Shown one piece after another: positions 34,989 through 44,958 of a DNA stretch of 64,000 nt (the stretch's first letter is position 1; each line of letters starts with the position of its first letter). The stretch covers positions 62,001 to 126,000 of the forward strand of contig JBDOQK010000053.1 of the NCBI GenBank assembly GCA_040437565.1. The letters run 5' to 3'. A model generated the notes under the pieces. The model was not told the origin of the DNA. It saw only the letters and a list, made by a program, of their open reading frames with translations, and made no database searches. The translations under genes and the position numbers were made by a program. Source of the stretch: Albugo candida. Taxonomy: Eukaryota.

Positions 34989-35726
34989 TTAGTTTGTGAA
35001 GTTAGCTTTCAGGTGACGATGTACCGGTTCGATAGGCACACCCAATTGTTGCTGGACTCCATATTGCCCAGTGGGAGTTGGTTGTGTATCTGTAGGAAAG
35101 AAGTTGCTGTTCACAGGAGAAGTTACTTGGCCATCTGAGTTTCTCTTTGTACCGGGCGGCTGACAAATCACTCGGTAGTTTTTCACAGTGTGGTCCGATT
35201 TTAGCTTTTGGACTCGGTACGTGTTTGTGCTATCGAGAGTGTACCCACTCCAAATCATGTGTGCTGTGATGTATTCCACATCAATCTCCGTTGAGCTTCT
35301 CATGATCGGACGAGCGCAAACCGCTTGACGTAGAAGACCGAGAGTATATTTCCCATAAACATGCCTCTGACCGGATGGGATGAGTATGAATTTTTTCTGC
35401 ATCAGCTCGGCTCGCAATCCGTTGGCACTGGCCAACGTGAATGGGCTGACATTATTGGCCTTGGCAGCTATATTGGAGACTTGGTACACCGGACCACTCA
35501 GTGAAGCGTAGACACTTCCACTGATCCCGGCCACGACTGTTATACCAGCAGTGACCGCAACTCCGACCCCAGCAGCAGCAGGAAGAACGCCCAGTCCCAA
35601 ACCACCAGCAAGTGTCATTACTATCGCACCAATTCCGAGTCCGATGGCGAGTGCTTTACGATCTACACTGACCTTGCAATGAGTGTCATACGAAGTGTCA
35701 TTGGAAATAGCAAGGTATGATCCCAT
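34989..35726 (-). CDS. Uncharacterised MGSY..ND family protein, copy C
   Basis: MGSYLAISNDT..HCKV, Gly/Ala-rich hydrophobic hairpin, F.LI....YGK..L.RQAVC, IWSG. Confidence 0.8.
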   Translation of the reverse strand: MGSYLAISNDTSYDTHCKVSVDRKALAIGLGIGAIVMTLAGGLGLGVLPAAAGVGVAVTAGITVVAGISGSVYASLSGPVYQVSNIAAKANNVSPFTLASANGLRAELMQKKFILIPSGQRHVYGKYTLGLLRQAVCARPIMRSSTEIDVEYITAHMIWSGYTLDSTNTYRVQKLKSDHTVKNYRVICQPPGTKRNSDGQVTSPVNSNFFPTDTQPTPTGQYGVQQQLGVPIEPVHRHLKANFTN

Positions 35727-36528
35727 AGTGAGGCTTCTGAGTGTTTTCTTGGTGATGGAAAATTGTAGAGTGATGATGGAGTTACAGGAATGCACGGCTT
35801 CATTTCTAAACGAGGTCGTCGAAACGACACAATTTACGACATAAATCAAATAGGTGTCTGGTTGTTATTCTCACAGTTGCTGAAGCTGAGTTGGCATGCT
35901 GGAATCGTTGGAAAGAGCTCATATAATTTATCGTTTCGTCGAGAGTACTTGATGCATTGTAACAATACAGCGAGTGAATGGGGTCTCAATCAGACCATTT
36001 CAGCCAGTTGATAGATAGAGCCAGATCAACCTATCCAATCGAAAGTAATTGTAAATAATTCTAACCAATCAGATTTAGAAAGCGACTCAACTAGCAAGCA
36101 AGATATCATGGATTCTTGCGAGTTACCTGCTTGCTAATGTGAATTTTATGTGAGGGATAGGAGATACCTCCCTTGTACCGCCTTGAACAGCTCTAGAGCA
36201 TATCTTTGACGTATTACTCACTCAAGATTGTCTAGAGTATACTTAGGATCACCGACTATTGACAGCGTGATTGCTATTAAATCACATAGAAAGATGTCAA
36301 GCTACTGACCACTTTCTGAGAAGTTGAATTGCGCAGTACGTTCATAACTCTTCGCTTTTAGCTAGTGGGATTTAAACCTCCTACATAACGTGAGCATTTT
36401 TTGCATCGTTTTCATATTATTGGGGTCATAATATGGATAAGCGATACAAGAATCATATTGCTCAAGTTACTCTTTAAGCAAACTGAAAAAAGAACAAGTA
36501 AAATTCAATCCTCAAAACCAAGCGTAAA

Positions 36529-37083
36529 TCACTTGAACATCTTTTTCATCTGTTTTTTAAATTGCTTTTTCATGTTTTTCCCCTTGTACTTAAAGCCTTT
36601 GTGTTTTCCATGTTTATACTTTTTGTGTTTGTGTTTCATCTTGCCATGATGCATAACTCCAGGTTGCATCACGAAGCCTGGTTGGCCATAAGCTGGTTGT
36701 GGGTAAGCTTGGGGAGGATAAGCTTGATTGGGTGGATACATGGGTCGGGCCATAGGAGGTTGCATCGGGTGTCCTTGAGGGTGACATTGTTGGGGAGGAT
36801 ACCCTTGCTGAGGAGGATACCCTTGTTGAGGAGGATACCCTTGTTGAGGAGGATACCCTTGCTGAGGAGGATACCCTTGTTGAGGAGGATACCCTTGCTG
36901 AGGAGGATACCCTTGTTGAGGCACTTGTCCTTGCGGATATGCTTGAGGATAGCCCGGCTGGGATACGTTTGGACAAGTGGGTTGAGGAGGATATCCGCCG
37001 GGATACCCCTGTTGTTGCGGCGGATACTGCCCGGGGTACGCTTGCTGCCCGGGGTAACCCTGAGGATACTCTTTCTTCGTCAT
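36529..37083 (-). CDS. Gly/Pro/Gln-rich XYPPX-repeat protein with HGK-rich basic tail (GPRP-like)
   Basis: GYPPQQ repeats followed by [21 protein letters not shown]. Confidence 0.8.
   Translation of the reverse strand: MTKKEYPQGYPGQQAYPGQYPPQQQGYPGGYPPQPTCPNVSQPGYPQAYPQGQVPQQGYPPQQGYPPQQGYPPQQGYPPQQGYPPQQGYPPQQGYPPQQCHPQGHPMQPPMARPMYPPNQAYPPQAYPQPAYGQPGFVMQPGVMHHGKMKHKHKKYKHGKHKGFKYKGKNMKKQFKKQMKKMFK
36791..36919. repeat. 18-bp coding tandem repeat, about 7 copies
   Basis: TGAGGAGGATACCCTTGY units. Confidence 0.9.
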
Positions 37084-37339
37084 TTCACAACTTTCAAATG
37101 TCGTTTTTATTTCATCAGTAGCCTGAGTTCACGATGCAATTAGTACGTTTCTAGCATTTTACCGTAACGATCCGGTATATAGCCTGCATCTATTCACAAA
37201 TAACATAATCAGTCTACTCTTTACTTTATATATCCCCTCAATATATCGCAATTACAACTGAAGGTGCCTGTATGGGAAATGCAACCCTTTTATTACACTG
37301 AAAAAGTACATCTTAATAAGAACTCGTATTTTAACCATC

Positions 37340-38674
37340 ATGCTAAGCTCCGACCATTTATGCGTTGGCCGACGTTGTGAGGTACTGACGACAAAACCGT
37401 CAAAAAGTCGTCTACGTGCTTCCATACGTCGCTTTGGAGTCATCGCTTACACCGGGCCGGTGGCCTGTCTTCCGGAAGGAGTCTGGATTGGTGTTCGATT
37501 AGATCAAGCAAGCGGGAGAAATGATGGCACAGCACAGGGAATCCGGTACTTTGACTGCCGCGAGTGTCACGGGATCTTTGTGCGTCCGGAAAATATTCGA
37601 TTTATAGAAGACGATAATTCTCCAACATCTTCCTCAAAACGATGCAACTCACAAGTGGCCACCGATACGACCCAGTCGAAACCTGAAAGTCGAGCAGGTT
37701 GTGCTCAAGAGTTTTGGAAGGAATTCAGTGCAAAAGAAATGAAAATTCGCCAGAATATAGACATTTGTATAGAGAAAAGCGGATCCAATCAAGCGACATT
37801 CGAGAATTTGATGTCGCTTGTAGCAGATATGAAGGAAACAGCAGCTCGGGCTGCGTCGTTATATCTGTCGCTGTACGATATTCGACAGACAAACTTGATA
37901 CTCAGTCGAATTACTGAGCTGATTGAGAAAGCTCGAGCGATATTTGCACCGAGAAAACAGTTTACTTTTCGTACGGCGCGACGCAAACGAATGGAACGTA
38001 TCGCCGATAAAGAATCCACCACCAAGCCGGAGAATGCTACGAATGCCAACTTTCAGGCACCGGACTCGGGCAATGATTTGAAATGTTTCGCGAACGAAAA
38101 TGAGCTAACAATCTCCGATAAACAAGACGAAATCATAGTGTTGGATGAATTTACATTTTCACTCCAAAAGGACTCGGAAAACCCACAGGGAACGAGTATG
38201 ATGAAAGATCTGAATCTGATGCGATTGAAAAACTGCACAATTTGCATCACAGTGGAGACATCAGCTATACGCGCTCACAACCTCGATAATTGCCGATTGC
38301 TGACCGGTCCAGTATATGGGAGTATATGGTTGCATCAGTGTCATAAGAGCACATTCGTCATTGCTTGTCGCCAGCTTCGGGTGCATTGGAGTGTGGCTTG
38401 CACGTTCTTACTTCGACTTGGTAGCCATCCTATCATCGAAAACTGCACACAAATGATTTTTCGTCCGTACACTTTACATTATGAAGGCCTTAAGGAAGCG
38501 CTTCAGCGCATCGGATTGGAAAGAGAAAATGGATTTTGGGCAAAAGTGAATGATTTCAATTGGCATCGATCACAACAATCACCCAATTGGAGTCTACAAT
38601 GGGATACAAAGCAGCAAAAGGAAGTCAAAGAGCTCGTTCCATCCTCGCTGACTTCCCGTGTGTCATTGCGTTGA
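37340..38674 (+). CDS. TBCC: Tubulin-folding cofactor C with N-terminal CAP-Gly domain
   Basis: WIGVRLDQASGRNDGT..RYF..GIFVRP (CAP-Gly); YDIRQ..PRKQFTF; GPVYGS..ACRQLRVH..PIIENC..VNDFNWHRSQQSPNW. Confidence 0.88.
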   Translation: MLSSDHLCVGRRCEVLTTKPSKSRLRASIRRFGVIAYTGPVACLPEGVWIGVRLDQASGRNDGTAQGIRYFDCRECHGIFVRPENIRFIEDDNSPTSSSKRCNSQVATDTTQSKPESRAGCAQEFWKEFSAKEMKIRQNIDICIEKSGSNQATFENLMSLVADMKETAARAASLYLSLYDIRQTNLILSRITELIEKARAIFAPRKQFTFRTARRKRMERIADKESTTKPENATNANFQAPDSGNDLKCFANENELTISDKQDEIIVLDEFTFSLQKDSENPQGTSMMKDLNLMRLKNCTICITVETSAIRAHNLDNCRLLTGPVYGSIWLHQCHKSTFVIACRQLRVHWSVACTFLLRLGSHPIIENCTQMIFRPYTLHYEGLKEALQRIGLERENGFWAKVNDFNWHRSQQSPNWSLQWDTKQQKEVKELVPSSLTSRVSLR

Positions 38675-38678
38675 GGCC

Positions 38679-39496
38679 TTACGACTTGTGCTGCTTTCTT
38701 TGTTTGCTTTTCTTTTTCTTGGTAGCTGGCACCATTTCCATTTGAGGTTCTTCATCGACGATATCCTTTCGTCTTTTCTTGACAAATGCGCTCTTTGTTC
38801 GTTTACTACTTTGTTGCTCTGTTTGGTCGACTTTCATAGAGGCTTCAATTGAGATCATTCCACCAGCAACGCGAACACTATCACACACACTGTCAGTAGT
38901 TTTGTAGTCAATGAGCAAATGAAACGTTAACCGTTGTATCTTCACTGTCACAATGTCATCGACGTTAATAATGTCTCCATCATTTCCTATCCTAACATGT
39001 TGTGAGTGTATAACAGTGATACGATCGGAGTCATGTACCAAGATTCTTTATGATAATTATATACAAATCCTTCCGGAAGCTCTGATGCAGCTACAGAGCC
39101 GTTAAACACTCCGACAAATAACATTCCAATGTGATTGCTGCCGATTTTATTAATCTGCGCTTTAAGCAGCATTCCTTGTCGCGGTTGGAATACGAGCGCG
39201 TTGGCTATTATTTTGCAATGAACGTATGGGGAATCGCTGATAATGTGTCCATGAGGCTCGATCAAACGAACGGAATCAAAGCACAAAATGACTCCTTTTA
39301 GCGTCTCGTTGTATTGCATAACGCTTTCATCGAGCTCTTGTTTGATTCCTTCAAGAGGATCACTCAAGTGACATGGAGAGAGGCTTAAACTGTGTCGAAC
39401 CTGAAAGTATGAAGCAGATACAGATATTGAGTCGCTTTCTTAGCGATCGATTTTCTCTACCTTAATGGACACGAAAGGGCTCGATGCGGCGACCAT
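38679..39496 (-). CDS. RPA43: RNA polymerase I subunit RPA43, multi-exon
   Basis: LSLSPCHLSDPLEGI..YNETLKGVILCF..LVFQPRQG..HIGMLFVGVFNGSV; Lys-rich tail. Confidence 0.8.
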
Positions 39497-39754
39497 TTTA
39501 TCCAATCCGTTTTCTATCTCTCGATAATTTGCCAGTAACATCATGAAAAATAAACAAGTGCATTTTAATTGGCTGTTTCGCCTACTTATTCAACGAGTTT
39601 CGAGCAATCACACCGGCGCATGCGTGCTCTCCTCATAAGTACTATTTCGGGCCGTTGGACGTGCTCACTAACGCTACAGTTACGTGCAAAACCAGTACGC
39701 CTTTTCCAATGGGCGTCCGTTGATCTACAGCGCAATTGCTTCCTTGGCAGTAAT

Positions 39755-40438
39755 ATGATCCGAATCGTTCTCTGCTACCTCCTGACGCAACACTTGTTTC
39801 ACGTTGTGATTCCATACTGCCCGAATGGCTGCAATGCGCAAGGAACGTGTGGTCAAAACGATCGGTGCACGTGTTTTCTGCGTCAAGATCAGAATGATAT
39901 CAGCTCAACAAACACTTATCCTGCTTACAAAGGAGCAGATTGCTCACTACGAACTTGCCCTCACGGTGCATCTTGGGTTTCGGTACCTTCGGCTGACAAC
40001 GCTGCACACCCATTGGTCGAGTGTTCGAACAAAGGAACGTGCGATTACGCGACTGGGTTATGTGATTGCTATTTGGGGTACGAAGGGAAGGCTTGTGAGC
40101 GTGCATTATGTCCCAACAATTGTAATGGACGTGGTCTTTGTTTGACGCTACAAGATATCATCTACAAGGATCCAGATCAACTATCTGCTAGATCCACTAC
40201 GAAATACACAGCTTGGGACGGAGAAAAACATATGGGGTGTCTGTGTGATCAAGGCTACCGTGGGCCAGACTGTTCTATCAAGGAATGTCCTAGCGGACTG
40301 GATGTACTTTTGGGGCACGGGAAGAATGAAGGACGTGATTGTGGCGGTCGTGGAAATTGCAATCCAGAAACGGGAGATTGTGATTGTTTTCCTGGATATT
40401 ATGGCACGGCTTGCGAGTTCCAAACAACTGTCCGCTGA
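39755..40438 (+). CDS. Secreted EGF-like repeat protein, mastigoneme/Sig-like
   Basis: Signal-like N-terminus; CPNGC, GADCSLRTCP.G..W, AHPLVECSNKGTCD..TGLC.C..GYEGKACER. Confidence 0.75.
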   Translation: MIRIVLCYLLTQHLFHVVIPYCPNGCNAQGTCGQNDRCTCFLRQDQNDISSTNTYPAYKGADCSLRTCPHGASWVSVPSADNAAHPLVECSNKGTCDYATGLCDCYLGYEGKACERALCPNNCNGRGLCLTLQDIIYKDPDQLSARSTTKYTAWDGEKHMGCLCDQGYRGPDCSIKECPSGLDVLLGHGKNEGRDCGGRGNCNPETGDCDCFPGYYGTACEFQTTVR

Positions 40439-40516
40439 TACTAATTGGCCTCGTGGTCTCGAATATTACTTATATAACCTTTTTCTAGCTAAGTTTATCA
40501 ATGCTACATAAAGTAA

Positions 40517-40971
40517 TTACTCGATAATCAGTTCGTCGATCGACCAGTCCTCAAACGACCCGTCTGGTAAGTATCGTCGTATGATAATCGGGATTTTGCG
40601 CTCGCGTAATTCCTTTAGGGCGATTTTGAGCGGATCCGTTTCTCCTTCAATATCTACCATTACCGGCGCATTCATGCTATATGAACAATTAGCGTGGCCA
40701 CGCAATGTAAGGTTGATGTACATTACCTTATTTGCAACGCTCGAGTGCCGAGGACACGAGCCCGTTCGAATTTTGTCATGTATTTTGTAGTCACTCGTTG
40801 CGCATTGGGTTTTCGATGCGAGTCATCTAGAATTTCAACCTTATCGTAGGATCCATCTTCATTTACTGCATCCTCTTCCAGCGTATCAAAAGTCTCCTCT
40901 TCCATTACTTCCTCTTCCTCCGGTACTTCATTTTCAATGTCGACATGACCGTCTTCATAGTCATCGTCCAT
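40517..40971 (-). CDS. RPB6: RNA polymerase I/II/III subunit RPB6 (2 exons)
   Basis: [55 protein letters not shown]. Confidence 0.95.
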
Positions 40972-41435
40972 TGCTTTTCAGTGATGATCATTGGTTTAAA
41001 TTCCGCCAATCCCAGCCTTGCACGATGACTCACGACCACTTTTGGCACCACGGTTTCTATTTATTCGAAAATCGTGCGAATTGGATGCAGTGATTTTGGT
41101 ACCCTAAATCTCCACCACATTTTTGGCATAAGTGACAGCAACAACAGACTTAATGTATAGTGCGCTGAACTTTCGAAATAAAATTGCAAAAGATCCGATT
41201 ACTATTCAATACGACACTATACAGTACAGTACGTGTATCCACGGTCCGATTAGTAGAACATGACTGACAAAGAGCACAACTTCATCTAAGTATACTCGAG
41301 AAACAATGTAACGTCAACGGGATCTTCTGTCCGCAATCTTCGATTTCTTCAGGTAGCACCCATCGTGATTTAGTTTAGAAATAACGGTCTCAATCGCACT
41401 GTTCATTTGTGGTCTTCACTCAAACGCCAGTTTTT

Positions 41436-42931
41436 ATGAACACATTACATTATAGGAGTACAAGTAACCCGTTTCGGAGAACTCACGTGCATGATTCTAG
41501 TCGTATTATCACTGAGCCGCCGTTACCTTCCATTTCAATACCTCAACGACTACCTCCTCATATGGGATATGTGACAACTCGAGTCGTGTCACGGTACCAC
41601 GAGCAACAGCGATGTATCTTATTTCCGTTACAAACACACAAAAAAGAGTATTGTCTAGTACCGGATCAAGATACTCATTCCGGTCAAGAGAGTTCGGGAC
41701 AGGTGATATCATTGATCAAAGACGACTCGTTTGCGAGACCCAGATCGCCTTCCCCAAGCTCTTGTCAGAACATCGAAGACGAACATAGTCAGCCACAAGC
41801 CGATACTCACAGTACACCGATCTGCAAGAAGAGGCCGCGATATTTACGGGATACAGATCGCCGTATGATCATCCAGCGGATTGAAAATGGAGAAAAGCAA
41901 GCTACGTTAGCTCGTGAATTTGGCGTTACACGGGCTGCGATTTGCCATATCAACAAGAACCGCGAAGAGATTCTGACTCGTTACGACATGCTCCTACAAT
42001 CAGCCCGCCATATGTGAGAATGTAATAGATATTTGGCTATACATCGATGAGTAAACACATGTGTATAGAAACGAGAAGGAGGGCGCAAAGCATCAAAAAG
42101 CATTGATTATTCGAGAAGTTTGCAACCATGATGCATTACGACCATTACTTACTCGACTTCGATTCACAGACACGGAACCGACCGCATTTCGATGTGCAGT
42201 ACAGCGAGTGTTCACGTACGTATAGTGGTTTTACCGTATCATTTTGTATCAAAGTTTGTATATGTGGCAGGATTCTGCTGGAGGAAGCGTTTGTGACCGG
42301 TGGGACAACGACGATTCAATCAAACACGACCAAAACGATTTCTGGAGCAAACTATCTTCGACAACCTTGTGGTATTGGTGTCGGGCAACAAGGACCGTTC
42401 CTATTGGACATTTTCGCCCGCTTGGAACCGGATGCACCGTCTGGTCAATACAATATGATCGTTGAGAGCATTATACTCATTGTGGTGATTTAGGTCATAT
42501 TCCAAACGTCACGGTAGATTCAAACGGAAGGCTCATCGGTTTGTGTCTTCCACCGACAGTTTTGACCAGTGACATCTTCTTGTTAATCGCAACCAACACA
42601 GTGCACACTTGGCTTCGGTCTATTGAGGCATGTGGTACACAACATATCGCAATCATTCTCATAAGCATTCACATCTCTATAGATTTTGATTGCCGCTGGT
42701 ATTCCACAAAAGCAAATTGTGCTTGTAGTATTGATCTGCGCAGCTGAAAATGCTCTGCAAGTATCTCGTCACTTTTCTGGTAGAATCAGATTGCCGATTG
42801 ACCTCAAGATGTTTGGCTAACGTTCGTTTGTAGAGGTGAGGCTCGTGACAGCTGCTCTTGAGGATGAGAGTAGCGCTACGTATCCTCTGCTGGGTAGGTT
42901 CTGGTCAAGAGTAGAAAATCTTAGTGATTAA
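41436..42931 (+). CDS. HTH (psq/CENP-B-like) domain fused to degenerate uracil phosphoribosyltransferase-like domain (6 exons)
   Basis: GEKQATLAREFGVTRAAICHI; introns 42014-42068, 42216-42270, 42444-42493, 42628-42682 (GC-AG) and 42780-42833 keep frame through the UPRTase-like region. Confidence 0.75.
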
Positions 42932-43252
42932 AACAACACAAATGGGTACTTTTTGAATATAATTAGCAGTTTGTGCATGCAAAAGTTTATCAATAAATTG
43001 ATCAATACATTGCAGGTTTCAGTTATCGTATCAGAATGACCGCAAAAACGTTCCTAACAACCGAAAGCAAAAAGTCATTCGTACTTACCAAAACGTTCAT
43101 TCGGTTTTGCCACAACGACAGGCTAAAACAATTACTTGGTCGTGCATCGCCTCCAAAGAAACAAGACTTGACGACAAACTCCAATCAGTCTCAAATTGTT
43201 TGTTCAAATCAATCAATGCAATACTACTCAGCACTCAAGCTAAATTTCTGCT

Positions 43253-44143
43253 TCATCTGATGCCGGCGCTGAGCATCACATGCTCATGAGTGCCGACTTT
43301 CTTACCTTGCAAAAAATAAAACGGAACGGATTCACGTGAACGGCTTTGATCCGAATACTGGATCGGTACCCAATCACGACCAAAAAATGATGTCGCCTCG
43401 CTCAAATCTGCCTGAATCCAAATCTTGAATTGTGTGAGGGCCAAAACACCATGTAATGGATCATCCTCACCATACAAGAAATACTTGAGGACAGATTCCG
43501 CGACGATACTTTTGTTAGTCACAATCTTTCCCGGCATATCAGCCCACAGTTCGCTTTTGAGAGCTGATAGAGCGTCTACAGTTTTGACCAATTTGACAAG
43601 ACTTCCATGATTCATGAAATAGAGCAACCCCTCCATGCACCAGAATGTTGGTGAATCCCTATCAAATCCATTTTTGTACAACAAAGTATCCCAAGAATCC
43701 TCGGTCAAATCCGTGTTGACATAATGTACTTTTAGAGCCTTCGAAGACGCATTACCATCTCGAAACACCTGTTGTTTGTATTGCAGTATCTCTTCACCTT
43801 GATCCAGCTCAAATACTGTGGCATTGCGCAAAGAATCCAAACGATGCGATCTCGCATCGATTCCAGCACCCAAAATCACAACTTGATGTATTGAGGGGTC
43901 TCGATGATCAATCGCCTCATCCAAAAACCTCGTTCGGAGTGCAAACAAGTTTGACGTTTGTGGATCCGGGTCGTCCCATTTCCACGCTTGAAAATTCGGA
44001 TTGATCATATTATTCCCCGCAAGCGTCTCGGCAAACGGGTCATTGAAAAGTCGATCTTCACGGGCCGACTCGACAGCGCGAATGTATGCCAAAAAGTATG
44101 GTGCGTACGACTTGAAGCAGTTGATTTGATCCAATTCATTCAT
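43253..44143 (-). CDS. SAM-dependent methyltransferase, LCM/mycobacterial-type family
   Basis: RAVES..LFNDPFA..LAG, RTRFLD, QVVILGAGIDAR, FELD, WCMEGLLYF; intronless. Confidence 0.85.
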   Translation of the reverse strand: MNELDQINCFKSYAPYFLAYIRAVESAREDRLFNDPFAETLAGNNMINPNFQAWKWDDPDPQTSNLFALRTRFLDEAIDHRDPSIHQVVILGAGIDARSHRLDSLRNATVFELDQGEEILQYKQQVFRDGNASSKALKVHYVNTDLTEDSWDTLLYKNGFDRDSPTFWCMEGLLYFMNHGSLVKLVKTVDALSALKSELWADMPGKIVTNKSIVAESVLKYFLYGEDDPLHGVLALTQFKIWIQADLSEATSFFGRDWVPIQYSDQSRSRESVPFYFLQGKKVGTHEHVMLSAGIR

Positions 44144-44430
44144 ATTTCTGTAAGATGGTTTGTTTCCCAGCAAGTAGAGCGATATTTCCAAAGCGGTTCT
44201 CCATGTCGCTATACGGCATTCTCGACCCTGGTCGCAAAACACATATCGCGTTCATGTCGCGGGTGCAGAAGGCATACGATTTTAGATATGAGTAGGAATA
44301 TTTATTGCTATATTGTTTCTGATGACGATACTGTGCTATAACGATGCTATTGGATAAATCTCTTCATGATGGTAACTAATTGGATGTAATAAGATGCGTT
44401 CTCTTTTTTTCGATTTTAATAAAAGTTTCT

Positions 44431-44902
44431 TCACCTTTGCTTTGATTGCGGTTGCTTCATAGAGTACAAAGGCTTGGGTGAGAAATTCATGTTCTTTTTG
44501 GGTTTGTGGAGGTGCGCGGCACTCGTAAAATTGTGGCGTTGAGGCTTTCCATGTGGTTCGATGCCGCCTTCCGATTGAGAACGAAGCTCCTGAACTTTTT
44601 GTTGGAGACGATGATACAACTCTTGGTGTGTTTCCATAACATCCAACTCGGCCAGAACCTCGTTCACAGCGTCCATTTCATCCAACTCTCGCGCATCTTT
44701 GCGTGACAAATTGTTAATTGTGTGTCATATACGTAATTATGGAAAACATACCGTCTTCTGTAAGCGGAAAGCGTTCAGAATCAAACAAGTCTTCATCCGA
44801 AATGAAACAAGGATCAGACATCTCGTTATAATTAGCGGCGTGTCCTCCCCAATTATGCATCGGGTAGAAGGGTGTGGCTTGCGCGTTGAGCGTTGACAGC
44901 AT
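44431..44902 (-). CDS. Small acidic PAM2-motif protein (PAIP2/ERD15-like), 2 exons
   Basis: STLNAQATPFYP PAM2-like motif; acidic middle; C-terminal SPK..MKQPQ. Confidence 0.55.
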
Positions 44903-44958
44903 TTGGGGGTTTCAAAGACTTTAGACTTTGATTGTTGTGTGAGCGTAAGAATTATGTA

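Noticed and set aside
36562-37143. Plus-strand ORF with RRIPLL repeats
   Set aside because: Antisense shadow of the GYPPQQ repeat gene
38987-39041. Apparent frameshift in RPA43 (similar cases in HIS6 and MICU)
   Set aside because: Explained by short GT-AG introns
38679-40971. RPA43 and RPB6 (and PIG-P/DAD1) as functional clusters
   Set aside because: Housekeeping genes are dense throughout; no shared regulatory evidence without synteny data
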